Shown one piece after another: positions 10,640-23,523 of a stretch of 64,000 nucleotides of DNA. Position 1 is the stretch's first letter; each line of letters begins with the position of its first letter. The translations under genes were made by a program, and so were the position numbers. Under the pieces are notes generated by a model. It worked only from the letters and a program-made list of their open reading frames with translations. It made no database searches and was not told where the DNA came from. This DNA is from Octopus vulgaris (Eukaryota), in NCBI GenBank assembly GCA_951406725.2, contig OX597829.1:1984001-2048000 (forward strand). The letters are read 5' to 3'.

Positions 10640-12660
10640 GCTCGTAGAATGACCACAGCTCATCAAAGATTTGAAGTAGTTCTGGCGTTCACAGGGTGTC
10701 CCAGATAAAACGGGACATGAAAGTTTAGTTTCTCATATTATTGCGTCTGAAAGAGTACATATGCTGTGTATATCATCCCTTCAAGTTATTGGCTACCATA
10801 GGCGTGTCGTATCTTGTTATACCATCGGATGGTGTGATGGCTGGCTCTATAGAGTCTATAGTATCGTACACAGCCTTTGAGAGACAGTATCCACTCAGTA
10901 GGCAGTTGCAGGGCGCGATGTGTATTGGAGGCTGTGTACGTTTCGCGTTTGCCGTGGCGTAAGAAGCGATATTGTCTAAATAAGAGTAAGTGACCTTGGC
11001 GTTATAGGGTGTTGAAATGTTTATTATACTATAGATTCGAAGAAGGTATTTCTTAATAAGCATCAAAAAGCTGGTAGTTATGTTGATTTGAAACTTCTAG
11101 GATAAATGGAGGATCGAACCTCTCTGTCCTCTTTTATCTGGAGATTCCATGGCCACCGGAATGATTTCCCCAACATGGAATACAGTAACATTGACAGTCT
11201 CCATCCTGTAGTCAACTAGAGCTTACAATTACCAATTCTGCCACCGCTAGAGATTACACATACTCGACGAACCTGCAGTAATCTATCCATCAACAGGAGG
11301 TGTGCTTTATTGATGAACTTCATGTCACTAACACCTGACACTCCAGATACACCATATTAGGCATGCCTTCTCCACACTAAAAAAAAACATAACACTTAAC
11401 CCCTGTCACCCGTATAGACTGCTTGCTGCCCTACAAATGTTGGCAGTACAAACTGTCAAATTTTTATATCAGCACCCAATCTGGTCACTCCTACAGAATG
11501 GCTGTTGTCACCCGTTGCAGCACCCCGCTCTAACATGTGTAGCAATAAGTGCAATGAACTGATGTCGCTAAATAAACAAAACCGTAGACTCAAGACATTA
11601 CAGCAACTCTTCCTGCCAACCTCTAGACCACGTGACCTGAGAACAAAATTAAGGATGCCGTTTCGAGACCGATTGACGGATAGAGACCAGACATCTAGAA
11701 GCCATCTTGAATGCATTCATTTACTGTTACTCGATCTCCAAAATGCCTGACCAGTTACGTTTTCTCTATGAGCCTATCAAAGTTGCATGGTGCCGAGTCA
11801 AACTGTTATTCAATAATACATGTAACCCTGAAATTTGTTGAGTGCCACTTTCATTTTTGTTCTTTTACTCGGATGCACATAATGGATAATGGTTGTCTTC
11901 CTCTTTCACACTGTAATTGCTGTATCGATATACCAAGCTGTTTCACTTAAATCTATTGAAAATGATAATGAAATAGCAATGTTTAAATACAGAAAATTTA
12001 ACGCGTGTGTGTGCAGTCCGTATGACCGAGGAAAACCATCACCGCCCATTGCCGACGAAAATGTCCGTAATGCCTGTGGCATAAAGTTTTTGCACCTGCG
12101 GTTCTCTACTGCAGCTTTCTTGCTCGCCACGGCTACTTCCGACTCGACGTGGCACCGGAAAGTCGCCTCACAGGCGATCACACAAGCAAAAATTTTAGGT
12201 ACAATAAGGCTTGCACACCTCACAGACCCTCTCTACCCTATTGACATGATCCAGAGACAAGCCAGGACAAGATATCCAGTGACAATATGGGTCACAGACT
12301 CAGGAGTGTAGGAGAAAAGACCCTCAAAATATCCAATGCCATTCTCTCTATATCCGGTTTTATATCGAGGTTACTTTCTGTAAGAGACATTCTTTAGCAA
12401 AAGTTGAGAGATGCTTCACTTTCAGTGGATTTCAAGAACACCGGACACCAACCTGGTTATAATTCTGAGGGCTTGAACTATTGCTAGATAGTCGTTGAAC
12501 GCATACTGGATTCATCTGTTGTTCTGTCAAGTCTTATTTTCCATCATGCTGAATTTTTAGCAACCCTCCTTACCTACCAAACCTAAAAGGGGGTGCCGGC
12601 TTAGTCGCCGACCACCCGACCATGCAACAGATTGTTCTGCATTCTCTGTTACCAGGTGTA
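10640..12660 (-). pseudogene. Heavily degraded non-LTR retrotransposon, possibly R2-like
   Basis: Weak motif echoes in the expected order on minus: RTFSSAMG (C2H2-like, ~12050), K.KW (Myb-like, ~11850), GEIIP (~11165), LSKAVYDTI (RT-like, ~10870). Many stops and frameshifts. Confidence 0.3.
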
Positions 12661-13678
12661 CTCATCTGAGATCTCACAAGTGACCTAACATACTCACATA
12701 CATGCATATATTGTCAAAATATATGCTACACAGCTCCATTATACAATACACGTTTGAAAATCTAATATGAAACCGGTAAAGTTTATTCCTATATTTTAAA
12801 ATATATTTGAATTCTAATTATATCCTTTGCTCATTTTCAACTTCATTTCTTCTAGTCCTCTAATTGTTCTGATTCGTGGATTAATATATATTACATACAC
12901 ACACACGCACACACATACACATACACACATACACACACACACACACACTCATACTCACACATACACACACACAAAAGTACAATCTATACGAAGGAAATTC
13001 AATCAGTACGGCACTTATTGAAATGTAGAGCGGAGAAGCGATCTCGAACCTAGGACTTATGATTATGATCTGCTGAGCCACCCCACAAGAAACTAAAATA
13101 AATAGTTGAGCACTTCTCATGTTTGAGCGCAATACCCCTAATCCTAATACTTCTGTATGTGTGCGTGTATGTACTTATCTTTAAAAATCTAGTATTTATT
13201 CTATCGATTTCTTGCTGAACCGCTAAGTAACGACGACGCAAACGTACCAACACAAGTTGTCAAGCGGTGGTGGTGGACAGACACAGACACACACTCTGGT
13301 TTTGTTACTTGTTTCACTCATTTGACTGCGGCTATGCTGGAGTACCGCCTTAAGGGTTTTCAGTCGAAGGAACCAACCTCAGTACTTGTTTTTTAAAGTC
13401 ATGTAATTATTCTATCAATCTTTTGCCGAACCGTTAATTTACTGGGACGTAAACACACCAACACCAGTTATCAAACGGTAATGGGGGTCGAACACAATGA
13501 TACATTTACATTTATATACACGACGAGCCTCGGGCTTCATTCAGTTTCCATTTACCAAATTCACTCACATGTCTATAGTTGAAGGTCTCACGCATTCGGA
13601 CTGAACCCGGAACCATGCGGTTTGGACGCAAGCTTCTTACGACCCTGCCACACTTGCACCTACACACACACATATATG

Positions 13679-13709
<31 letters not shown>

Positions 13710-14002
13710 ATCATACGCATGCACACATATACAATTTATCTTTCTATCATTGCTTTCGTAACGCGAAAATACTAACAATTTCTTACGATGACCTTTACTA
13801 TATAACGGCTTAAAATAACTGCGATGGTTTCAAATTACGTAATACAACGAATAAAGTAAATATCCGCATTAGCAATTGAACTAATTTTTTCTGTATTGAA
13901 ACATTGCTATTTCATTATCATTTTCAATAGATTTAAGTGAGACAGCTTGGTATATTGATACAGCAATTACAGTGTGAGAGAGGAAGACACCCATTATCCA
14001 TT
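11881..14002. repeat. ~120-bp inverted repeat pair (11881-11999 and 13886-14002)
   Basis: aatggataatggttgtcttcctctttcacactgtaattgctg.. is the near reverse complement of ..cagcaattacagtgtgagagaggaagacacccattatccatt. Confidence 0.85.
13192..13652 (-). mobile_element. Diverged family-A-like SINE plus partial copy
   Basis: tacttgtttcactcatttgactgcggctatgctggag tail and actgaacccggaaccatg head in reverse. Confidence 0.75.
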
Positions 14003-14097
14003 CAAAAAGACGAAACTACTGTTAATTTAACTTAAGCATTTATTGTTTGGTTTCAAAATTGCGGCCTGGTCACTCACACGATACCACTACAACTCAG

Positions 14098-14164
<67 letters not shown>

Positions 14165-14579
14165 GTGTGTGTTTAAACGGAGGATGGATGAAGTAAGGAA
14201 AGGGAGATAAAACACTGTAGACAGTGTGTTCAATTAAATTGGTTGTGACCGTAACCTTCACATTTTTGTTCTTTCCCCCAGATAATTGTCAACAATAACG
14301 GTTTTGCACGAAAGCCTGAAGAAAGCGATGCGTTACATAACAGACTTACTAATGGAGAAGCAACTTGTTTAGCCTGAGAGTATTCAACACGATGTCGTAT
14401 TTTCAGTTACATCTTAACGCATGGGTACACTGAACAATTGACTAGGGGCCTCGTGGGTCTAGGGACACAACTATAATTTATTATGCTGTTGCTTGCTGTC
14501 AATGAATTCATAGTATAGGACCCAGTGCAATGTTTTGTCCAGGAGCCTATAATGCTACTAAGTGTTACGTAATGTTACA

Positions 14580-14648
<69 letters not shown>

Positions 14649-14651
<3 letters not shown>

Positions 14652-15077
14652 GCAGGAGTGGCTGTGTGGTAAGTAGCTTGCTTACCAACCACATGCTTCT
14701 GGGTTCATTCCCACTGCGTGGAACCTTGGGCAAGTGCCTTCTACTATAGCCTTGGGCCGACCAAAGCCTTGTGAGTGGATTTGGTAGACGGAAACTGAAA
14801 GAATCCCGTCATATATATGTATACATGTATATATGTATGTATGTGTACATATTTGTGTGTCTGTGTTTGACCCCCCAACATCGCTTGACAACGGATGTTG
14901 GTGTGTTTACGTCACCGTGACTTAGCAGTTCGACAAAAGTGATCGATAGAATAAGTACTAGGCTTACAAAGAATAAGTCCTGCGGTTGATTTGCTCGACT
15001 AAAGGCGGTGCTCCAGCATGGCCGCAGTCAAATGACTGAAACAAGTAAAAGAGTAATAGAGTAAAAGAGTAAAAGAG
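14649..15077 (+). mobile_element. SINE family A, full length
   Basis: Colinear with 7722-8126. Confidence 0.92.
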
Positions 15078-15187
15078 ACATTACTAGACGCTGCAAGAAC
15101 GACTTTATATTTGATGCAAGGAAAGCCATCAAAATCTTGAATATTCACGCTATATGCACGAGCCCTAATATAACTTTCACGTAATAT

Positions 15188-15662
15188 TGGTTTTAAATTT
15201 TAGCACAAGGTTGGCAAGTTCAGTTAATGGGGATAATCGATTACATCAACCCACGTGCTCAACAGGTACTTATTTTGTCATGCCCAAAAGATGGACAAAA
15301 TATTTTTTTCTATTGGAAGCACAAGGCCTCAAATTTAAGGGAAGGGATTAAGTCGATTAAACCGAAAGGATGAAAGGCAAAGTTGACCTCGGCGGAATTT
15401 GAACTCAGAATGTAGCGGCAGACGAAATATCTATTTCTTTACTACCCACAAGGGGTTAAACACAGAGGGGACAAACAAGGACAGACAAACGGATTAAGTC
15501 GATTATATCGACCCCAGTGCGCAACTGGTACTTAATTTATCGACCCCGAAAGGATGAAAGGCAAAGTCGACCTCGGCGGAATTTGAACCCAGAACGTAAC
15601 GGCAGACGAAATACAGCTAAGCGTTTCGCCCGTCGCGCTAACGATTCTGCCAGCTCGCCGCC
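15188..15662 (-). mobile_element. SINE family B (partly duplicated form, 15362-15662) next to older related SINE fragments
   Basis: Reverse of ggcggcgagctggcagaatcgttagc..gtcgactttgcctttcatcctttcggggtcgataaattaagtaccag. Confidence 0.88.
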
Positions 15663-16261
15663 TTTGGATTAAATATTACAATCTTTCGCCACTGTGATAT
15701 TACTGTATTATATATAAATTGGGAGATATACCAAACACCTAAGTGAACGGCACGTGCAGAGTACCAAAGATCCCGCTTTCCACAACGAGAAATAAGGACC
15801 CAGCATTGTAACAGCTGTAGTTTCAAGGGCCCGCAACCTTTAAGCATTCTGCCAACCACAGCGAGATGTACATGCGGAGGTTTTTCAAGGAATTCTGCAC
15901 AAATTTTTATCTGAGAAATCAGATGAACTCACATCGCCGCAGGGGACATAAAGAATAGCAACTCCGTCGAACTCGCTACTTCACCAGAAACAATACAGGA
16001 AAGAAAACCGATTGCACTAAAAGACAGTGCCCCAGCATGGCCTCTGCCTCTGAGTGAAACCAGTAAGAGATGAAAGATAAGGACGGACACACACAGACAC
16101 ACACACACGCACACACGCACACATAGATAGATAGATAAATATATACATATATATATATGGAGAAAGAGATAAAAAGAGATGTGCGTGTGCATGTATGTAT
16201 ATATATGTATATATATATATATATATGGAGAAAGAGATAAAAAGAGATGTGCGTGTGCATG

Positions 16262-16344
<83 letters not shown>

Positions 16345-16417
16345 ACATGAACAACTTCGAACACGTGTATATGTGTGTGTATATAAATATGCATACAAGC
16401 AGTCATATGTGTGTATG

Positions 16418-16512
<95 letters not shown>

Positions 16513-17226
16513 TTGTGTGCATATATATTAAATGCACATAGATACAACACTTGCGCATAAAATAAACACTCACATACATGTGTGCATATATAAAGATATT
16601 TAACCCATACTATACGCATCATGTGATCTCTGGTGATCTAATTTGGCAACTACGAATAAAAGGTTATTCCTAACTAGAATGTAATATGTTAATCGGGTGT
16701 AAACATGCCCGACCATTCCACTTGGATTTTGCTGTCTCCAAAACCCAGTTGCATCCTTTAATAGAATTATTTTATCCAATGGCTTGAAAATTGTTGAATC
16801 AGTATGCAGACTTCCTGTCTGTAGAATATTTTAAAAGGACCACTAATTCAAGACACGATTGCGTTGAGTCACATTTTATCTGGATAATACTTGAAGTCAA
16901 GCCAAAGAATGAGAGAGTGAGTAATTTATACAGACGATCGACCAGCTAGAAACGTCAGCCAAGTCTCTCTGTAGTCACAATGCATATCTACACACACACA
17001 CACACGTATATATGTGCGTGTTCAATTGGTTGTTTCTATTTCAAATTATAATAACAATTTTACACTAAACTGAAGGATTACTCGATATTATTTCTTGAGT
17101 GTGAATTTATTATTCTTTACCAAAGATAGAACAGACCGACGGAAGCTTCTTAGCATGCTGAAAAACTTCGAAGTCACTGCCAACACTATTCCCGCTAAAG
17201 AATTATACATGCATAGTCATATGTAC

Positions 17227-17645
17227 GCGGCGAGCTGGCAGAAACGTTAGCACGCCGGGCGAAATGCTTAGCGGTATTTCGTCTGCCACTACGTTCTGAG
17301 TTCAAATTCTGCCAAGGTCGACTTTGCCTTATATATTTCGGGGTCGATAAATTAAGTACCATTTACGCACTGGGGTCGATATAATCAACTTAATCCGTTT
17401 GTGTGTCCTTGTTTGTCCCCTCTGTGTTTAACCCCTTGTGGGTAGTAAAGAAACAGAAATAGGTATTTCGTCTGTCGTTACGTTCTGAGTTCAAACTCCG
17501 CCGAGGTCGACTTTGCCTTTCATCCTTTCGGGGTCGATAAATAAAGTACCAGTTTCGCACTGGGGTCGATGTAATCGACTTAATCCCTTTGTCTGTCCTT
17601 GTTTGTCGCCTCTATGTTTAGCCCCTTGTGGTCAATAAAGAAATA
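17227..17645 (+). mobile_element. SINE family B, tandem-duplicated body, 22-bp TSD
   Basis: Unit 1 is 17227-17460; unit 2 (17462-17645) lacks the A box. TSD tatacatgcatagtcatatgta at 17204-17225 and 17646-17667. Confidence 0.93.
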
Positions 17646-17879
17646 TATACATGCATAGTCATATGTATACTTGTATATGTGCATGTCTGTTTGTACTTGT
17701 ATCATGTATATATAAAAAAATACATTTTGTCAGGAAAAAAACAAAAACGTGGTGAAGTTTGCAATAGTTTTAAATAAAAGTTCGCATCTGGATTTAGAAA
17801 CGAACCCGTCTCAACCGTCAACAAGAACTTGCGCTTCTATGAAACTATAAGCGAATGTCTAAACAATCATTCGACCTTT

Positions 17880-19466
17880 GTTACATGATGAAGACGCAGC
17901 TCTAAAGGTTGGTACGCTTAGGTGACGAAGCATTTCCTCATCTATTTCTGAAACTGGGCCTAAATATATTTCTTTTGCTATCCCCACTTTTGACTGATGG
18001 TACTCTGAAAACTGGGATTTATTGTTCTTTTTAGTTGTTGATGTTGGTGAGTTTCATTATTTTCGCTTTTATTGTTTTTGCTTTATATTTTCAGTTCTTC
18101 GTGGAATCCAGATCTAAAGTGCGTTCTATTTTAACTAATATACCAGCTAGGTTTTCTGTCCTGTATCATCAACCCCCAAATATTTTGTTTTTGGAGCCTT
18201 CTACTGAACATAGTTCTGATATGTCCCTATGGCCATCGGATATCATTAGGATTTACAGGTCCATTTTGACATCCTCTGATCACATGTCAACCATCTTTAA
18301 GTCTGCTTTCACTATTCTCCCATACTGCGACACAAAAATCGCTACTAACCATGGGAGGTCCACGTCAGCCAATATTTCTTAATGTGAATCGTCAAAGTAT
18401 CAGCTGCTCTCTGACAGATTTGTGATCAAACCTGTGGTAGTGGAGATCTCCGGCGTTATTGGCCTTCCAACTACATCCCTCTCACTGCTATCGGTGCAGA
18501 CACAGTTATCTGCAAGTGCGAGTACCGTGGCTCAGAATGGTTATTCCAGTGCGTCTCTATCACCATCCTCCGAGAAACGTCTTTTCCATTTTGTCCGCCG
18601 GTACATAAGGCAGACGACTTGGCAGAATCGTTAGCACGCCGGGCGAAATGCGTAGCCGTATTTCGTCTGCCGTTAAGTTCTGAGTTCAAATTCCGCCGGG
18701 GTCGACTTTGCCTTTCATCCTTTCAGGGGTCGATAAATTAAGTACCAGTTACGCACTGGGGTCGGTATAATCGATTTAATCCGTTTGTCTGTCCTTGTTT
18801 GTACCCTCTGTGTTTAGCCCCTTGTGGGTAGTAAAGAAATAGGTACATAAGGCAGACTGACAAGTCTTATGTTTCTTCAATATAATAATGTCTATTAGCA
18901 CAGCTATTAATGCGTCAACATATATTGAATCTATGTTTTTGAGCCATAGATTGAGCCATAGATTGAGCCATAGATTGAGGCAGAGGTATGTTTGAGAATT
19001 TCAGCATGTATTTTCCTCGCGCTTCCAGTTTCAATGGTTCAGCAGAGAGTAAGTACCTTTCACAACGTTTGCATTTTTCAGTTAAGTTAATGTTAATTTC
19101 TCTCGATATGTCCTGGAGGGTTTTTGTAGTCGGAGTTGATGTGAGGGGAAAAAATGTTATCCATTTCCGTCGTATGGTAAGCAGAGATACGGAATTTGTC
19201 TCTTCGCCTTTTTCTGGTTTATCTCCAGTGGCAAAAGAATGTCGATGTTTCAAACAAAATATTTCCCACAACATTTATCCCTTCTGGCTCTCTATCTGCT
19301 CATTTTGCACTGAAGGAAGTTTTATCTTCACACAGCTGCTATTTGAAGGAACCGCAAGTATTTGGAATCGTCTAAGAGTTGCTACTGCTATTTGTAATGT
19401 TGTTGTGAGGTGGTGGTGTGACTAATGTTGTTGATGGTGATGGTGGTGGTGGTGTAGGCGTTGTTC

Positions 19467-19499
<33 letters not shown>

Positions 19500-19700
19500 T
19501 TGTTACTCACGCTATCTTTCGGATTACTTGAGTGTTTGAGATCTTTTCTTCTAATAATCGTTCTGTATATTAATCATTAATTCTTTCTCGTGTACATTTT
19601 CTGTTGTGTGTTTTTGATTTTGTGTTCCTTATTTAGCTATTGTAGTGTTTTGTCGTCTGTCATAATTGTGTGCAGTAGCCATTTTAGACATGGTAATGTG
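17880..19700 (-). pseudogene. Degraded APE-endonuclease LINE (RTE-like) fragment, interrupted by a SINE
   Basis: Minus-strand fragments DVVGR, NNAG and AADTLTIHIKKYWLTWTSHG resemble the APE NT.F.H...TW.S motif (~18350-18480). Outer boundaries are uncertain. Confidence 0.4.
18616..18841 (+). mobile_element. SINE family B with ~16-bp TSD
   Basis: ggtacataaggcagac at 18600-18615 and 18842-18857. Confidence 0.92.
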
Positions 19701-19955
19701 TGGAAACAGAATTTTAAAAAAGTTTGCGGAGCACCTTGTTTACTGTTATCTTCTCCCGAGAATCGATAGTTGATCCTGTTTTGTGGGTCATGAGCGCTCC
19801 AAAGAAAATTTCATTTGATAATACTTGAACACAATATGTTTCGAAAGAAGAATCAAAATGACATCTTCACATTATGTGAGTCAAATAATAATAATAATAA
19901 TGAAGATGATGATGACGACGACGACGATGATGATGATGATGATGATGATGATGAT

Positions 19956-21272
19956 ACTACGAAAGAAAAACTAAGAGAGGAGTATAACAGGAGAGTAAGA
20001 CTCATACGAAAAACTGAACTCATCTCCAAAATTCGCATCGAGGCCATTAACACCCTGGCACTTCTAGTAATCCAATACAGTTTTAACATCATTAACTGGA
20101 ATCTTGCAGAGTTCCAACGCCTGGAGAGGAAAACAACAAAATTACTAACATCTAAGAACATGCACCACCCAGAAGCACAATCAAAGCAGCAAAAAAATCA
20201 CATTCTATTGTCAAGGAAGCTTGCAAATTTGCAAGGGAACTTGCATTAACACTGAGATAGATGAAGACCCTGAAACCACTGACTGCCACACGACAAGCAA
20301 AATGGATCAAGCAGACTGCAAGAAAGAACGGACAGAAACAAATTGAGGAGCGGTGAAGCTAGAATCCTCTGCATGGACAGTATGTACTTCGAAGTCGATA
20401 TGCTGATGTAGACCAAGCAACAACCTATCAGTGGCTGAGAAGTTCAGGAATTAAAGCAGAGACGAAAGGTTTCATATTGCTAGCACAAGATCGATGCTTG
20501 TTTACAAAAAACTACCAGGTTAACGTTCTTCAAAACGGTTCTGACCCTAAATGCAGGTTTTGCGACACACTTGACGAAACAGTAAAACATCTCGTCTTGG
20601 GAAGTCCTGTGATGACACCAAACGAATACAAAAAGCGCCACGATAGGGTAGGACAGTATTTGCATTGGAAAATATGTAAATACTACATATTTTCAGCACT
20701 CCTACTTACTGGTAAGAACATCATCCTGAGCCAGTCGTAGAAGGTAAAAATGCCACAATCCTTTGGGATTTTCCAGTCAACACCGACAGAACGATCCAAG
20801 CTAATTGATCAGACATAATTATTAAAGACAGTGACGAAAAGACTTGTACGCTAATAGGTGTAAGTGTTCCCACTGATAAAAATATATCTGTAAAGGGATT
20901 TGACAAACTAAGTAAATATAAAGGCCTGTAAATTGAAACACAAAAGATGTGGCATCTTAAAACGAGAACTGTTCCTGTTATTGTAAGTACCCTAGATATG
21001 ACAAAAAAGGGATGTCAGAAACATCTAGATAAATCCCAGAAGAACCATGTCACAGAGAAATCCAAAAGATTGTGCTGACAAGTACCGCCCACATCTTTAG
21101 AAACCCCTATCCGTTTAAATGCATGTGTTGTATTATATGAAGGTATTTCGCTACTTCCCCTCTCCAAGCTTTCGGTCATACTGGAGCATCTCTTATACTT
21201 TACCTACCCCAGGACACTGGGTGTGTCTCGGCAAGTGACTGTAACAAAGGCTCAGATTAAAAGTAAAAAAAA
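19956..21272 (+). mobile_element. 5'-truncated R4/Dong-clade non-LTR retrotransposon (RT thumb, CCHC finger, restriction-like endonuclease); pseudogenised
   Basis: Translates to EEYNRRVRLI..AINTLAL..RKTTKLLT..MHHP, CRFCDTLDETVKHLV, RHDRVGQYLHWKIC, ILWDF..TDRTI, KLSKY, IQKIVLTSTAHI. (TAA)n/(GAT)n on both sides. Confidence 0.9.
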
Positions 21273-21274
21273 AT

Positions 21275-21294
21275 TAATAATAATAATAATAATT

Positions 21295-21344
<50 letters not shown>

Positions 21345-21379
21345 TGATGATGACGATGACGATGATGATGATGATGATG

Positions 21380-21413
<34 letters not shown>

Positions 21414-21534
21414 TGATGATGACGATGACGATGATGATGATGATGATGATAATAATAATAATGATAATAATAATAATGATAATAATAACAAGGATAATAA
21501 TAATAATAATAATAATGATAATAATAATAATAAT
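21275..21534. repeat. (TAA)n/(GAT)n compound microsatellite
   Basis: Direct reading. Confidence 0.97.
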
Positions 21535-21542
21535 CCAGTATA

Positions 21543-21740
21543 TAAGCACAAGGCCTGAAATTTTGGTTGGTGTGAGGGTAACAGTCGATTACATCGGCCC
21601 CAGTTCTCAACTGGTACTATTTTATCGACCTTTGAAAGCAAAGTCAATTTCAGCCGAATTTGAACTCAGAACGTAAAGACAGACGAAATGCCGCTAAGCA
21701 TTTTGTCGGTTGTGCTGATGTTCCTGCCAAGCTCCCTGCC
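21543..21740 (-). mobile_element. Older family-B-related SINE
   Basis: Contains gaatttgaactcagaacgtaaagacagacgaaatgccgctaagcattt with a different tail (aagcacaaggcctgaaattttgg). Confidence 0.75.
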
Positions 21741-22629
21741 CCAACAGCCACACCAACGACATCAACAATAATACTATCTTTATTTAGACCAGTGGGGGTC
21801 ATTACATATCATATAAACATACATTAAAAGGGCTCACAAAAATGGGTGGAGTGGGGCAAAGAATGAAGATGAAAATGCAACGATGTGTGAAAGACGTTAT
21901 AAGAGTTGGGACAAGTTTGAAGATTTATAAAAAATAACAGAAATAATGACATTGATTAAAGAATCTGGAGGGGGGGGGGACATAATAATTAAAACAAATA
22001 TCAAAATTAAAATTTGTCAAGTGGGTTGATTACATAACTTTTTCGTATCTAAAAGAAAAAAAATTCCAAGTAAAACCTTTTGGTTAAAGTAGCAAGTAAG
22101 GGCCAACGTCATGCATTTGACTGATGTGTAGCACTAGGGGAACTTTAAAAGAGCATCTTATCAATAATAAATTAATTTTGTTTTTAAATGTTGTTGTTAG
22201 AGACAGAAAGAATATTAATTCAAAATAGCAATCTGTGTATCGTACTTAAAGCAGATAAATCGCTGAAAGCCTTGCAAAAATGTGATATCTGCTTTGAGTA
22301 TGATACAGAGTATACTATTTTGAACTAATATTGTTTTTGTTGCTCATAATGAATCTTAATTCAGCATACTTGCTAATTGCGTTATTAGTGATTCTTCAAT
22401 CACTATTTTCCTCTATCAGTAGTGGCTGATTGTTATCTTAGCATTCTAGTACTAATGGATAATTAATATTGACGAAGCCCATGAAGACAAAAATAGCAAT
22501 TCCACCACAGTTGCTGGCAGATTTTACATTTTAAAAACTATTCGTCTATTCGAGATGCTTTCTCGATGCGAAAACTGCACTTCATAAGGCTTTCAACTAT
22601 GTACTTACTTATTTGTACTTGTGGCGACA

Positions 22630-22990
22630 TTCACCCTGGGCGGGTTGAGTCGGCTTCTTCTACTCATGGAAGAAGTTTCGGGGGGAATATGTGGATTTCA
22701 CAAGCGGTCCCCAACAATCCCGCATGTAGAGACATCCTGTTTGCCGCAGATTGTCCGCAGACGCAGGGACAGAACGACCGAGGAGCCACCGGTTGCCGAA
22801 ACAGACACTCCGAGGATTTTTCACCAGAGCCCCGTCTGCCGGGTTGTGGCCCTAATACCACTCGGTGTCAGATCAATCCGCCTTGGGTGGGTGGCCCTAC
22901 CAGGAATCGAAGTTCCTGACGGCATAGCTCTGACACTACCCGTTGCCAGTGTCCCCACCACGGTGAGAGGGGATGGACAAACTATGCATT
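22630..22990 (-). mobile_element. 5' UTR remnant of an RTE/Bov-B-like LINE
   Basis: GC-rich island. Minus strand cccctctcaccgtggtgggg..caacg..gagctatgccgtcagg..ggtagggccaccca resembles the RTE/Bov-B 5' end as I recall it. Confidence 0.5.
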
Positions 22991-23302
22991 TGTTTTAAGT
23001 ATGATACTAAGATTGCTTTTTTCTTTTTGTCAGATACCATCACTCTCCTAAATAAGAAACTCTCGAAACTCCTCATACGTTTTATATGCGTCATTAATCA
23101 GTTAAATGTTAACTATGCAAAGGACAATAAGCTTAATATAAATTTTCTTGCTAAGAGAAATTTTTTTTTCAAAAGAGATGGACACCTCGCACTCCTTCAT
23201 TGTCCTTCACGTTTCTTTCTATCTTCCGTTGGTAAGAGATCGTTTCGCATTTTATTTTGTTTCTTACCATCTCTCAATTTCCATCTAGCCTCACAAATTG
23301 AT

Positions 23303-23523
23303 GGCGAGCTGGCAGAACCGTTAGCACGCCGGGCGAAATGCGTAGCCGTATTTCGTCTGCCGTTACGTTCTGAGTTCAAATTCCGCCGATGTCGACTTTG
23401 CCTTTCATCCTTTCGGGGTCGATAAATTAAGTACCAGTTATGCACTGGGGTCGATGTAATCGACTTAATCCCTTTGTCTTAATCCCTCTGTGTTTAGCCC
23501 CTTGTGGGTTGTAAAGAAATAGG
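23303..23523 (+). mobile_element. SINE family B
   Basis: Colinear with the other family B copies. Confidence 0.92.

Noticed and set aside
16156-16271. 68-bp tandem duplication; also 12-bp x3 at 18939-18978 and 9-bp x3 at 23752-23778
   Set aside because: Ordinary slippage duplications with no sign of function.
21775-22560. Possible LINE 3' end or exon
   Set aside because: No sustained reading frame or recognisable motif.
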